Of a stretch of DNA of 64,000 nucleotides, positions 39,955 to 54,760 are shown piece after piece. Position 1 is the first letter of the stretch. Every line of letters begins with the position of its first letter. The notes under the pieces are model-generated. The model did no database searches. It saw only the letters and a list, made by a program, of their open reading frames with translations, and had not been told where the DNA came from. The DNA comes from Eledone cirrhosa (lineage: Eukaryota), in assembly GCA_964016885.1 (NCBI GenBank), contig OZ024743.1, forward strand, positions 115,196,001 to 115,260,000, given 5' to 3'. A program made the position numbers and the translations under genes.

Positions 39955-40690
39955 AATGATTTCTAGTGTAGGCACAAGGCCAGCAATTTGGGGGTGGGAG
40001 AAGTCGATTAAATCGACCCCAGTACGTTACTGGTGCATTATATTATCTACCCCGTAAGGTTGAAAGGCAAAGTTAACCTCGGCGGGATTTGAACTCAGAC
40101 TGTAAATGACCGTAACTCTATGCTGCAAAGCATTGTGTCCGACTCTCTACAGATACTCCCAATCCAGCCCTGTCAAATAATGCGAAGCATTTTGCCCGAG
40201 GATATGCCGGTTTAATCAATTTACCACCCTCCTTATGCCCCCAAATGGAAAACAATAGAGTAAATGGCAGCAGAGGTACCAAAATTCAAATGAGAACGCA
40301 AACAGAACGGGACTAAATAGCTTTATACGCTTAGCCTAGCATTGAAATATGTTTGTACTTAACTGGTACGTTGTTTCATTGATCCCAGAATGAGGTAATA
40401 CAAATTTGAAGGTCGTAACAAAATACCGCAAAGCATTGTGTCCGCCGGTCTATCGTTACTGCCAATTCAACGTTCCTAGGAAGGCAAATAATTATTGTTT
40501 CTAATTTAGGCACCAATTCAGAAATTTGGTGGAAGGGAAAGTCGATTATATCGACCCAGTATTTTACTGGTACTTTATTTTACCGATCCCAGAAGTATGC
40601 TCTCAACGGAACTTGAACACAGAACTTACAAATTCGCAATGAAATACCGCAAATCATTGTGTCCGATGTTCTACGGATACTGCTAATCCC
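39955..40690 (-). mobile_element. Cluster of SINE family 1 copies (39955-40170 best preserved)
   Basis: Reverse-complement A box, B box and body. Confidence 0.75.
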
Positions 40691-41707
40691 TCAGAAATGT
40701 TAATAACAATGCATTAAGAATGTAATTGTCTTAATATCAGTGTTAACATTTCAATTAAAAGTTGTTTTCTGTTTTAGTATGATGATTTAATTATGTAGTA
40801 TGTTATTTTCAGCGAGATAACATTTGTTGCTTAGCAATTGTCATAAAATAGTATGTGTTAAGTTAAGTTACTAAACATTCATCAGTTTCCATGATATACA
40901 GCTAGATCGATATCGGCAAGTTTGGAAATCATAGTGCATTAAATCTGAACAGCTACGTGGTGTACATCCAACGCTCCAATGATTCTACCAAGTCAGCGCC
41001 TAAAAAACAACTAATGAACTGAACAAGTAAAGTAGTGGTGTCTGTGTTAGAGAATACTTGACATAAAGAAGTAAAGTAGTGGTGTCTGTGTTAGCAAATA
41101 CTTTACATAAAAAAAAGTTTAAAAACATCTTAGTTGGATGAGAGGGAGTCAAGAGTTTTGAATTTAAGACACTGTCCTTAATTTTTACGCTCCTGAGTAG
41201 GATTCTTGCTTGTAGCTATCAGACATTTGTCCCTCATATCAAACTATCTTATTCCACATTGTGACTGTACTTCTAGAATATGCAGAATGGGGAGCAAGTA
41301 GGGTTTCTCTCCGAATACTAATGTAATATAAAATATAAAATATAAAATTATCTTGAATATTTACTGTTTTACTTATATATATATGTATATAAATGAAGTA
41401 TTTCCGTAGGAAAGGTAGAGGAAAAGAGAATACTTATGTGTAAATGTATATGTTTACGTACTATTACGTATATGCGTGAGGTTGTGTATGTGTATGTTTA
41501 TATATTTGGATATTAATATATTTTTCCCCCTCAGTTTATGCGCGTTACTTTATTTCAGCCTCACTTTCTTTTATCCTAAACTCTGTTTTCAAATCCATAT
41601 CACTATTCCATAATAAATAAATATTTCTTCTGATAAATGAAGACAGACATAAGTATCTGTCTTCAAGAAACCATTGGTAAATGAAATAATTATCTTATGT
41701 TGTTTAT

Positions 41708-41758
<51 letters not shown>

Positions 41759-42644
41759 ATTAAATATATACAAGACAAATACAGAGATGCAAAAACACAA
41801 AGTCTTAATAGGTTCACTTCAAGCATCACACACAGACACGCGCGCGAGCGCGCGCACACACACACACATATATATATTTATATGCATAAATATATAAGTG
41901 ATTGTGTGTGTATCATTAATTATTTATGTTCAAATATATAATAATACAAAACAAATGCAAACAAATTAAATAAAATATCAATCATATTCTATAATGGCAT
42001 AGTAACAATTCCGTCTATGTTATTTATACAATTCCTACATATTCTTCTTTAGACATATAACCATGTATGTTAATGTTCTATCAAATTCATTCCCATATCT
42101 TAGATATATGTCCAAGAGAATAAGAACATATATTACGCAGTGAACTCTAAGCGAAATCGACATTTCTTTTTCAATTGATACACATATCCATGAGTATTTC
42201 TCTCTTAATGTACATAGAAAATAATTGTTTTCCTTTTGAATTGAGATGAAGAAACATATAATAGTCACGGCGTCTCTGTTGATAAATAAGAAGCACGTAT
42301 AGATCCATGTCAACCGTGACATTTTCTTTCCTGAACTAATATTTCTCTTGGAATTTCGCATAAGCAATTCTAATATTTATCTAAATTATCAAAATTGATT
42401 TGCGCTTACATATATGTTTCTCTCTACACACACAAACACACACATATATATGCACATACACACTGATATATGATTGTATTTATGTATGTATGGTTACATT
42501 AGTTACCTGAAACCTCCAGTCTCTGTATACATAAGGAAATTCAAACACATATATATGTAGTGGGTGGGTGGGGGGTGGGAGGTACATGTGAGAGGATATT
42601 ATGCCTAATGTATTAGTGTTTATAAGTCGGACTTTTCAGTTCCC

Positions 42645-42687
<43 letters not shown>

Positions 42688-42989
42688 TTATATAACAAAC
42701 AAATAGTTTTATCGCTATACTTTGCTGAATACAAGAAAAGTAAATCTGATTTTTTCGAATATTAATTATAATATTCGATTCGTTTGCAAATATGCAAACA
42801 GCCTCTCAAGCCATATGAACAGAATGACACCGTCATTCTTGCTCTTGTGTTCCCATACAAACACACCGACGGCTATTTCTGGACTAAATTAGAATTAATA
42901 TATATATATATATATTAATTAAAGGTTAGTTAGTCTCTAATACCTAAACTTTTTAATGAGAGATATCTCTCAGACAACCAATATTTTAT

Positions 42990-43315
42990 ATTAAAATTAA
43001 ATGAGAAAACACTTTAATTCTGGTAGCACAATATAAGTATTTTATCTAACCTCGCTTATATATAGTTCTCCCTATAATGGTTTCGTAAAGGGTAGAATTA
43101 TTATTGGAACCAACAATAATTGAATAATCACCACACTCTTTAGCGGAGTTTAAATCTTCAATAGCTAAGAGAAATTAAACAAGATATAATACATAGTTTC
43201 CTTTGCCGAGGCAGCATGTTAAAATAAAATGTAGTGTTTCTTTGTCACAATCTCCTAGGATTTCAGGACCACTTGACAGGCTTGTAATGTCTTGAGCCTG
43301 TTATTTCTAGCGATA
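42990..43315. repeat. Dispersed repeat, family F; inverted homologue at 46620-46855
   Basis: CTCGCTTATATATAG.TCTCC and ATTGGAACCA.CAATAATTGAA are reverse-complemented in the second copy. Both copies abut (TA)n. Confidence 0.6.
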
Positions 43316-44179
43316 TATATAGAGAGTGTTGTAGTCTCCTTGAAGCATTGTGCGTTAAGTATAAGAATGTATGTAATTCGAAAGTTGCGGCAATGCGAAA
43401 TATGTGGTACGATTTAAGAGAAAAGAAGGCACCGGGGATGCTGTGTGTTATATTTTCTTTATTTAAATGCGACCTTAATTTTCGAGATAAAATCTACTCA
43501 TCAGAAGTCGAAAGCCTTTGAAAATAGAGAAAGCGTTTTAGCTCGTATAGTAACAAATCTTTCTTTGAAGCACGAACAATAAACGATGCAGAGCTCAATA
43601 TATGAGAACCGATAGATATGCCATTTTATGATTAATATATATTTATATAATATAATGTAGATCGACATTCACTCAAAGACTATATCTATGAAAATTTTCG
43701 CCTCTTCCATCAGTTGTATCTTCAGATTTTCTAAGACATTTATTATAAAAGTTCTACTACTTCGCTGGACTAATACATTTTTACAAGCCAGCAGACTTTC
43801 ATTTTAGTGTAACTGAGACCAACATTCGGGTATCAACATTTTCGTTTTGTATTAGCATTGTAAATATACATATACATGCAAATATACAAATATATATACA
43901 TACACATGCACTAACATATATATCCATATACTAAACTTCCACAATATGTGGAGATTGTGTAGATTGGTCTTTTCTTTCTATTGTAACCAGAAAAGTATCT
44001 ATACATGTATTTTTCCGGTTCATTTACATCGGCATTGGTTAAACAACTTCGTCCTCGGGGCTACCGACATGTACATAGCTGGTATGGTGTCTTTGTAATA
44101 ACAGGCCTTAATAATTATATTCAAACACGTCCGACGGACTTGAGTTGCTCTACACATTGGATATTTTCTCTCTCTCTTC

Positions 44180-44236
<57 letters not shown>

Positions 44237-44349
44237 TTATATATATATATATCAATTTCTAGGAGGGTCTTATATTTCTCCGTGGCTCCTTTGTATACTC
44301 TGATTATGTCTCTTTTTTCTCTGATTCTTCTCTGTTGGATGTGTCTTAC

Positions 44350-44393
<44 letters not shown>

Positions 44394-44476
44394 CTCAACG
44401 GCCTTATATATTTGTATATATATATTATCCTTATCAAGCCCTCTTCGGATTTTAGTCTTCACATTTATTATTGTGC

Positions 44477-44650
44477 ATTGGCAGTATCGGTAGAGGGTCG
44501 CACGCCAAGCATAGAGTTACGGCTCCTGCCATTCTGAGTTCAAATCCAGCCGAGGTTAATTTTGCCTTTCATCCTTACGGGGTCGATTAAACCAGTAATA
44601 CACTGCGATAATTGCTGGCCTTGTGCCAAAAGTATAAACAATTATTACTA
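44477..44650 (+). mobile_element. SINE family 1
   Basis: A box, B box and body present. Confidence 0.8.
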
Positions 44651-44744
44651 TATATCGACAGTCGATCGACTTTCGTCAAATCGGACCGAGGGAACAATGT
44701 TTCCGTTGGTCTTTCCAATTGCTAATACTATCTATCGGTCGCAA

Positions 44745-44875
44745 CTCCAGGTAGAAGGAGCAACGTGAAATAAAGTGTCTTGCTCAAGGACATAACGCAT
44801 CGCCCGGTTCGGGAATCGAACTCACAACCTCACAATTGTGAATCCAGTTCTCTAACCACTCAGCCACGCGCCTCC
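44745..44875 (-). mobile_element. SINE family 2 with well-preserved tRNA-like head
   Basis: Minus strand reads GGAGGCGCGTGGCTGAGTGGTTAG...GAGTTCGATTCCC then GTCCTTGAGCAAGACACTTTATTTCACGTTGCTCC. Confidence 0.75.
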
Positions 44876-45160
44876 TATATATATACATGTATATAGTGGT
44901 TCATATTGCAGTTGTTTCAGTCGTGTATTATAGCACTGTGAGAAAAACAATATCAGGAAATAGCAAAAGCTAATAGGCATATTGTCCTGGTTTATGTTTT
45001 AATATTTAACTATATGGAAATATAAGACGACAGAGATGAATGAATACTTCCATATATAAAGACGTGTAACAATAAATAGATCGATCACAGATCGACCGTT
45101 TGGCAGATATATAGACACATAAACGGATATGTATATACATATAAATATGTATATGTGTAC

Positions 45161-45201
<41 letters not shown>

Positions 45202-45243
45202 TATATATATATATATATACATATGTATATGTATATATATGTG

Positions 45244-45365
<122 letters not shown>

Positions 45366-46860
45366 TACAGATTGATACAAAACATATAGTAAAGTGTTGA
45401 ATAACATAAAAAGTAGAATCATCTAACAAATCCCATAATAATTTTAGGAAGGAAGCTTGAATGCTCTATCATATTCAGTTGCGAGCTCTTTCAGAATTGT
45501 AAATTTCATCACAAGACGTGTTGTTTCTATATATGTTTCCTTCTACTCCCAGTAAAGCAGGGAAATCTGTTGTTAAAATATCCCGTATATACTCGCAGGA
45601 AATATCACAAAAAAATCGAGGGTGAAATGAAGCCAGGTTCTTCTTTTGCTGATTTTCACAAACTTCAACTTTAACGTAGATAACACGCTATTTTTACGTT
45701 TTTGAAGCGAGTTCACCGGCTTCACTTTGCATGTGTAATTTGTTCTTCATGTTGTTTTTGATATTTTAAATGATTGTGATCTTCAAAAAGGTCGGAAATT
45801 CGTAAAACAAACTATTACATAATAGGCATGTGAAACAAGAAATGACACTCTAAACGACATTTAAGTAATTTCAAATATCAAAATATTAAAACTTTATAAA
45901 TATATTCATCAATCATGAGAATGTTTGCAATGACCCATGTAAACATAATGTGTTGATTAGCTGCTTCGATTTATACGCGGGGTTTGGATTTTGGCCCAAT
46001 TTTCAGATATATAACCGGGGTCGGATTATATTTGAATATATACGGTATGTGTTTCTCTGTGTCCGGTTCATTTAAGCTGTTGAATATCGGTTTTACCTAC
46101 TTAACGAAGCGTCCTTCCGGCATCCGGGTGTTTATGGCATTACCGTGTTCCATTAATGCTTGATTTAGTAGAATTCCAATATATAGCTATATGCTGGAAG
46201 AGTGTATTATATGACACAACTTCATAGCGTTAAATAATCCCCTACATTCTCGGGTCTCCCATCATTTCCTGGCCCTATTCCCCTCCATGTATGCAGTGAA
46301 TTCCCATTTCGTAGTTTAGCGATTTAGATATGTAGCGCCATATTGTCATAATTTATGCTGGGCAATATTTGTTATAGCCATAGCCACGACATGAGCCATA
46401 TCACGATTATTCTGGCCACCGTCTTCCTTTCTCAAGACCATTTTACGACTATTTTTACTTGTGTATATGCATGTAAAGGTACTCACAAGTACACATTCAT
46501 TGGTAAACATACGCTCACATGGATGCAGCCGAAAGAGATGTTTAAATATTGGGACTAATTGACATTTAATTAATATTAAACTGCTCCCTAATATGTCGCG
46601 TTTTACCAGACGGTCTTTTGATTGCTATTTCTAGCGACATTATAAGATTGTCATATAGTCCTGGTATGATAGGAGATTTTGATAACGAAACACTACGAGG
46701 GATGGCGGATTCTTCAATTATTGGTGGTTCCAATTAGAATTCTTCCCCATATGAAACCAAGGAGATCTATATATAAGCGAGTTTTGATAGCATATTTCTT
46801 GTCTATCTTGTTTGTACACCCATAATAGAGATTTTTCTCACTTAATCCTAATATACATAT

Positions 46861-46902
<42 letters not shown>

Positions 46903-47152
46903 ATATGTATATTAAGATTATATATATATATTTATATATATATATATATATATACTCTTTTACCTGTTTCAGCCGTCCGGCTGAGGCCATGCTGGGGCAC
47001 TTTTTCGCTCTACATGGCTGATTACAATAAATGTAATCTGAGTTTTTCGAATATCTGACTGATCAACCAGTCTGCTAATGTCGATCAATCACTGTATATT
47101 TTAGAAAATAGCATATATTTTCACTGGCTCTGAGAGTTGGCAGGTGAACAGT

Positions 47153-47202
47153 GAGCTGTACTGATGAAGGGTAATACCCAGAAACATTAGTGACTGCAGT
47201 TC
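47153..47202 (+). ncRNA. Hammerhead ribozyme relic (cleavage triplet GAC instead of GTC)
   Basis: Stem I GAGCTGTA/TGCAGTTC (8 bp with wobbles). CTGATGA at 47161-47167. GGGT AAT ACCC. GAAAC at 47181-47185. ATTAGT GAC. Confidence 0.65.
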
Positions 47203-47334
47203 TATTTACATGCCAACACATGAGCAAGAATGAAGGGTTTATTCTACTGGCATGGCTTTAAAAATGAGGCTTGTTTGCATAATTGCAAACGAATCGAATG
47301 TTATTATTAATATTCGAAAAACTCAGATTACATT

Positions 47335-47381
<47 letters not shown>

Positions 47382-47384
47382 CGT

Positions 47385-47451
<67 letters not shown>

Positions 47452-47478
47452 CGTACACACACACACACACACACACAT

Positions 47479-47539
<61 letters not shown>

Positions 47540-47542
<3 letters not shown>

Positions 47543-50310
47543 TTTAGAACTGAACAGAGTTCTCTCCATTTCAACGTCCTGTGTTTGGTCAGGGAGCTCT
47601 ATGAATTTGAATGCAATGGTGTCCGCAAACCTGTTCTTGATTTCCGTATCTGGCAGCTTATCCCACTTTATCATGTAGTCGACATGGATTTGCAAGCTGT
47701 GTGGGTTTTCTTGGCTTTAAGCTATTTTAGGATGCAGATCACTAGATGATAATCATTTTACTGCTCAGTCCCTCTCTTAACTTCCAGCACAAAACCAAAG
47801 AAATCAGAGACAATAAAGTATAAATTATTGACATGTGCGCTCAATACTTCTTATACCATGTGTATTTATGAATGTCTTTGTGCTGAAAAATTGTGTTCAT
47901 AATAGAAAGACCAGATGGTCTCCCTATTAGTGTTTAATTTGGGATCACCGTGCAATCGTATGACTACTTTCCGGGTTAGATGGTCAGTGTCATCATGTAC
48001 ATAACAGTCTCCCATTAGGATATATTAATCAGCTTTACTACACTAGTACTGCAGTGACTTCATCAAGGTAGGATTTGTATTAGAGCTCTCTCTGGAGCAC
48101 ATAAACGTAGTCCACTTACAGTGACCTTTCAATCAAACAGAGCTTAAAGACGCTAAATCTTCCTCTTCATGGGATAGAGTCCATAAAACATGCTAATAGA
48201 CGGTGATTTGTTAGTAACCCACTCCCGTCTGTGCAGTGTTTCTGGTGCTTCACCAGACTAGTAAATTCTCAATTCTCCATCAAAATCTAGAGTATTAAGC
48301 CACGGAACGTTATTGATGGAACTCCGACTATATCTAGCTGGTAGCTTCTTGCTTCCTTCACTAGCTTCTGCTTCCAGTTTATAAGAGCTGCAAATTTCCA
48401 GTTACCAATTGTCAAGGTTTTCTCATTTTCGGACATTCTCTGGAGTCTCAAGGTACATAGCATTTTTGATTCCATTCCATGCTTCCATGGTCGCAGGTAC
48501 ATCTCAATTTCTTGGAATGTTGGCTGGAGAATGCAAAATATCTTTCAAAAAGGCTGCTCTTAATAATGCCTGAACCCCTCCCTTGTTATACCATACGAAG
48601 GAAACAATTCCCCCTTCTTGCACTTGCGGTACAGGTAGGCACGGAAATCACACCAGAAACAGTAAAGGCGTCCAAAGTAAAAACATAAGAGGGCTTTGGG
48701 TTTACTCAAGTATCCGACTTCAGATAAGCAACTAAAGTGTTCTGGAATACCATCTGCCGACTTTGTAATAAGAAATCTTCCTCCACACCTGCTACCAGGA
48801 ACAGGTCTGAAGTTCTCCTCTCTTCCGAAAGGTACATCCTCGTCAGGTGGGGAGAATAATTTGCTAATCTCCTAAAACCTGTCACAATGGCATCTTCTGA
48901 GGTACACAAGGTGCACCATGGAGCAATGACTAACCTCTTGTAGTTTCAGGCCACAAGAGTAATTAAAAGCTCAAATGTAGCGAGTCCTCTGTGGATGATA
49001 AAATTGGCCCGAGATGTTAAAAGCCTTAAAGAGCGAAGGTATTCTCTGGCTGATACATGTATCACCTGAATCTATGGAAAGCCATAAGAAATGGCAATCG
49101 GCTGTGATGATCCCAATTTTCAAAAATGCTGACAGGAGATATATCTCAAATATGCATCTCCATGTTAAGACTCCTCAGTAAAGTCCATGCTGTCTGGCAA
49201 AATTATATAGGGATATTATCGAGTCAAGGCAAGCTGATGAATGGTGTGGTTTTCTCCCCGGACGCAGTATAGTCGACGAAATATTCACACAGCGACAGAT
49301 CTTTGAAAAATCGAGTGAGTATTGCCAATAGGTAGACTTCGAAAAGTCACTCTACTACTCTCCACGGCATCTGTTGTGGCAGGTTCTGCAGGAGTATGGG
49401 ATTGATGGACAGCTTCTTGTTGACCTGATCACTCTGTACGAATGGTTTAATATCTGTATTTGGATAAATGGTGCTAAATCAAAATCGTTCAATGTGGCTT
49501 TCGGACACTGCACAGGGTGTGTACTTACACTTCTGTTCATAATATTCATCGACATGATTCACATGCGCAGCAGTGTTGGAAGTGGCATAGAGACTGGGAG
49601 GTGAAGGATCAGTCGGGTGGAATTTGCCTAATACATGGTATTACTTAACTCATCAGGTGATCAATGCATTGCACTTTAGAGGTTTTCTGCGAAGAGCTGC
49701 ACTGGAGGAAAGGAAATCAATGCTGCTAAGACTGGGACACTTGTCCTCTCAAGGTGGTCTACACAGGGCCCTCTACATGTGAGTTGAGCTCACTGAAGCA
49801 GGTGAATAATTTCAAATATATCCGGGATATCTTTACTAATAATAGGAGGGAGCAGGCCGAATTAAATGCAAGAATTGAAGGAGCTATGATTACCTATGAT
49901 TATGAATCTTGAAAGAATGCAATCGCGAATACAAGCAGGCGATATGGTGTTACTCCGGACAGGCTTTAAAGTAACGGTACTAGATAGAGTACGTAGCTCG
50001 GAGATCAGAAAGTCACTGCCGTTAGAGCCGCTATTTCTCCGAATAGAGAGATCACAGCTCCGATACTACAGACGTGTGGTTAGAATATCTTAGATAAGAA
50101 TCGCTAGATCGATGTTATGGATACAATCAACCGACAGGTGACTCGGGTAATAACTCGAGCATGATGGTTCGATAATGTCCATAAGCTTGTCTGGACCAGA
50201 CGGATAAATTATTAAAGCTTGTTCCTGACAAAACCCTCTGGCTGGAAGGAGTGCTTGAGAAATCTATCTCCACGCCCCTCCCAGGAATAAGTGGGTGCAG
50301 AAGAAGATAT
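47540..50310 (+). mobile_element. Decayed RTE-clade LINE; APE/linker part inverted (minus, ~48450 to 47540), RT part on plus (~48700-50300)
   Basis: Minus: LTIGNWK..KQKLVKEARSYQLDIVGV and IKWDKLPD...[14 protein letters not shown]. Plus: IPIFKNADR, PGRSIVDEIFTQRQIFEK, LWQVLQEYGIDG, LLFIIFIDM and DRVRSSEIRKSL...IERSQLRY. Confidence 0.8.
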
Positions 50311-50314
50311 ATAT

Positions 50315-50408
<94 letters not shown>

Positions 50409-50859
50409 ATATATATATGGGAGTGTATAAGTATATATGTTTGTTATGCGTGGATATGAATTGTAGATGTGAGAATGCATATGCACGTGTGCGTGAATAT
50501 ATGTGGATAACCCAGTAGCAGATGTTCTGTTGATCTGTTTTCCTGAGCTAGTTCTTTTTCTAATCAATGTCCATGTTTTCTCTCTTCTGTACATATGAAT
50601 GTACATGTGTATGCATCGTATACATCGTATATAACTCAGTAGTGTCAGGATATCTATTCTATCAATCTGCATCGCCTAAAGGATGACAAATATCAATGAC
50701 ATGAAGCCAAGCTTAACACAATGCTATTAAATGGAACTATAAACTACACGGTAAATATATATTCTACTTATGCTATTATTGCTTTATTCTTTTCATTGTA
50801 TTTTAACGAGTATGGAATCGCACTAAACAAGGATACGACTATATATAAATATGATCTTT

Positions 50860-51055
50860 ATTATATATCGAGATGACTTCTACAGGACTTCAACTGTTTC
50901 ATTCGTATGGAACTACCAATGATGTCCTGGCGATTTCATGATTTCATGCAAACAAAACCGTTCTAGTTCAGTAGAATCAATTTCTATATATAATAAATGC
51001 CTATACTTCACCAACGTATTGAGTACCTTTTTTAAATATGGTTACACACCGACTC
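50860..51055 (+). mobile_element. Fold-back pLTR mini-element, family A (decayed)
   Basis: CTTCTACAGGACT..AACTGTTTCATTCG arm, inverted partner, and TATTGAGTACCTT tail shared with 34465-34485. Confidence 0.65.
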
Positions 51056-51203
51056 ATCTTCATCTATGATGTCAATATGGATGGACATGTTATTTTTATC
51101 TTTTTATCTAAAGACACTTTTTCTAATTCCACCCCGCCTGTCCCTTCAATCTATCTTATTTCTCATTCTTTCTTCTGATGTAGGACTAGCGTCTGAAACG
51201 TTA

Positions 51204-51316
<113 letters not shown>

Positions 51317-52534
51317 GAGGGATATAAAAAGAAAAAAATAGAAAAGCAAGAGAGTACATTGAAATATTTTTTTGTTAATAAAACATTATCGGTTTCAATC
51401 TTATATATTAAAACAGATTCTTCCCATAATTTGTGGGCAGTTTAAACATACACACACATACCCCCCCCCCCATATATATATATGTCCGATAAGCTTTTGA
51501 TTCCAGAGTCGGGCCAGATCGCTACAGATCGAACCTTGAGCTGATCAATACCAAAACGCGCGTCAACAATCAATAAACGTTTTGAAGACATAACAAATCG
51601 TCCTTTCATTATTATTATATATATGTATATATATATATATGTGCGTGTATGTATAAATGTAAGTTTCGATGTGTGCATGAATGTACATATAAGTATATAT
51701 ACTTATATATTCACATGTAGATATATATGAACAAAGTAAATATAAACATACACATTTCAAATATAAATATAAACATACATATTTCAAAGTAAATATAAAC
51801 ATACATATTTCAAATATATACCCCTGTGTATATCCTGTAATTACTTATTTTTACACTTCCATTAATGGACTGTATTTGCTGCTTCCTAACTAGTCGTACT
51901 TTTTCTGGTTCTGTGTATATGTTTATGTGTGTTATTCTATTTAGATAGAAAGATATATATCAACGTTTTCCTCCATTGTCAACATCTTATATCGTCTCAT
52001 GTCCCAATTACATTTACGGTTTCCTATTTATTCTCTAAGTTTTGCCGTTCATGAAGGAATCGAGATAAATATAATGAAAATTAAAAACAACATACGTCTC
52101 AATTTAGTAGTCTTCTGAGTGAACGTAATTAAATATTGTGTCAATCTCGATAAATTATAAATAACTGATAACATTAGCTTCATTAAACATTGATACGTAT
52201 AGACCGATTAAAAATTTCATTACAGAATAGTGAAGACATAAAAGATTGTGTTAAAGATACTTGTAGGATATTCTAATGTTTATATACTCTAAAACTTTGT
52301 TTGTTTAACTCTATATCATCACATCGCCCCCTTTACACTCGCTCGCTCTCTCCTTCTCTGGAAAAAAAATCGATTGTTTTCAAACCTGGCGAGAAGTTGG
52401 GTGATGTTTGAAACGTTGTCACGGTGGTGAACCAAAGTTACCATTAGGAGTTATGGTTCCATAATTACATACTTAGACATATTTAAAAATTCCATACAAG
52501 ACTGTGAGCAGTTAAATTGCAATGAAAGATATTT

Positions 52535-53050
52535 CAAATATATACCCCTGTGTATATCCTGTAATTACTTATTTTTACACTTCCATTAATGGACTGTATT
52601 TGCAGCTTCCTAACTAGTCGTGCTTTTTCTGGTTCTGTGAAGCCAAGCATCTCAAGATTTGTACTAAAGCAGTTAGTAACGTATCCAATAACCAAAATGA
52701 TTACAAATCTAAATCTAAATGTAAAGCCAGGGTCGAGTGTCTGTAGATTCCTCATTAGTTCAGCATAAATTTTCTACTATTCATTGACATTTAGCATTAT
52801 ATTGACATCTGCCGGGAAACTGAATCCCACTAGTGTACATGCCTTATTTTCTCCTTCTCATATCCTATGTCTGGTTTGTTGTGTTTGCATTATATTGCGG
52901 TTTTGACGAGAGAACATTCTACCAGTACTCTCTTATATTATGTATGTATATGTCCTCGACATTGCTATAACTTTTTATATGTTTATTGTCGGAGCTATCC
53001 TTTCTACTGATTGCATTCTATAGTGCTTTGACCAGCATATCCTACCTCAT
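52535..53050 (-). mobile_element. 3' fragment of an RLE-type (R4/Dong-like) non-LTR retrotransposon
   Basis: Minus strand: KHNKPDI, FSFPADVN and RNLQTLDPGFTFRF..IGYVT...LGF...LVRKLQIQSINGSVKI. The terminal ~100 bp is duplicated at 51810-51915. Confidence 0.55.
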
Positions 53051-53141
53051 AGATAGATATAACGTGTTTATTTCTCCCTCCACTTCTCGAGAATTTCTCA
53101 CTTGTTACGAACGCATCAAGAAACAGTCCTTTTTCTGAGGG

Positions 53142-53220
53142 GTCTCTTGATAAGCCTTATCAGCGATGGTGCACTTCTAAAAGTCGCTGCAAACAGATTC
53201 GGCGAAGCTGCAGTCGAGAC
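53142..53220 (+). ncRNA. Type I hammerhead ribozyme motif, U3-A8 variant
   Basis: Stem I GTCTC/GAGAC. TTGATAA at 53147-53153. Stem II GCC...GGC. GAAG (A15.1 to G). Palindromic CTGCAG. GTC at 53213-53215. Confidence 0.65.
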
Positions 53221-54402
53221 TTTGAAGAAAAAATAGGTATATTTTTAAATAGAAGCTTGCGCCGTATTTTATACGGCGAAAGCTTCTATTTATGATATCA
53301 AACTCGCTCGCTGTTTCAAAAACATACTTACTAGGTATGTATTTGTCTATTATTTCCTCGTATTTTTAATTTGATATATATATATATACATTTATATATA
53401 TACATTTTGACCTTGCACCTGACGAGTGATGCCAGCTTTAGAACAGTGGAAGCCATGACTGGACCTTGAAAACTAAGGTTGCAAATACGTGTTAAGTGTA
53501 TTACATTTTAACATATACGAAATAAGCTTTCCTCTATTAGATTGAGCATTGTTTCCTTGACCATTTATCTGCGCATATTCTGCACACACACACGTACACA
53601 CACGGGGACACACACATATAATAAAAACCGATATTTTTTAAAGACAGCACTTTGTTTGTTTCGTTTCATTTGTGATTATTTGCCTTTTTTATTTTTCTAC
53701 TGCATTGTACCGGTTTAAAAAAGTTTATCGGACCTTTACTACATATCTCAATATGCTTCATATTAACTAAACTTCTATATATATTTGTACATAAATAGGG
53801 AGAGAGATTTTATTTTATTAATTTATAGCGCGCAAGCACATACTCACACACACACACACCCACACACACACACACACGCGCGCGCACATGATTATCCTGT
53901 CATTCATAATGAGTGGCGCTAGATAGGACAACGAAAAATCTGATTCATCATATGACAAACCAGTCTAGCCCATTCGTCTCAGAGATTATTGATTGTAATA
54001 TAAATAGGAAAGTATATCAATGACACGAGATACCCTAGACATGGACGCAAACGTGTATTATAGATTAGAATTGCTAGTATCTAATCAACAATACAAGCTG
54101 CCTTCATATTCAGACAAGAACCATCATACGTACTAAAAAAAACAATCGTCTGGGTGGTTGTAAATCACAATTATAAAACAAACTAAAATATTAAGATATA
54201 TACAAAATATGACCAGAGATATAGATGCAGATATAAAGCAAAAATCTATTTAGATATTTATATGAAGGCATACACAATCTTAGACACACACGAGCACATA
54301 TATGAACAAAATAGACGGTTAAGAATTTTTATATCGATGCAATGTAACGCCCTCATGCTCGGAGAAGTAGCCGATATCGAAAAAAATATACGTTCGTGTG
54401 TA

Positions 54403-54500
<98 letters not shown>

Positions 54501-54635
54501 TGTGTGCGTGTTTGTTCAATAAGGAAATAGTTTCGGTAGTGTAGAGTCATGCCTCTCTAATAAAAAGTGAAACTCTAGAATAACAAGACTCACTATTTAG
54601 CCTTAATAAAATGAATATGTCTATATGCATGTGTT

Positions 54636-54715
<80 letters not shown>

Positions 54716-54729
54716 TGCGCGTGTGTGTG

Positions 54730-54760
<31 letters not shown>

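Noticed and set aside
44790-44875. tRNA-like sequence on the minus strand
   Set aside because: It runs directly into the SINE family 2 body and has no proper acceptor stem.
45950-46050. ...TATATACGGTA end reminiscent of a pogo/Tigger-type TIR
   Set aside because: No matching second TIR or transposase was found in the window.
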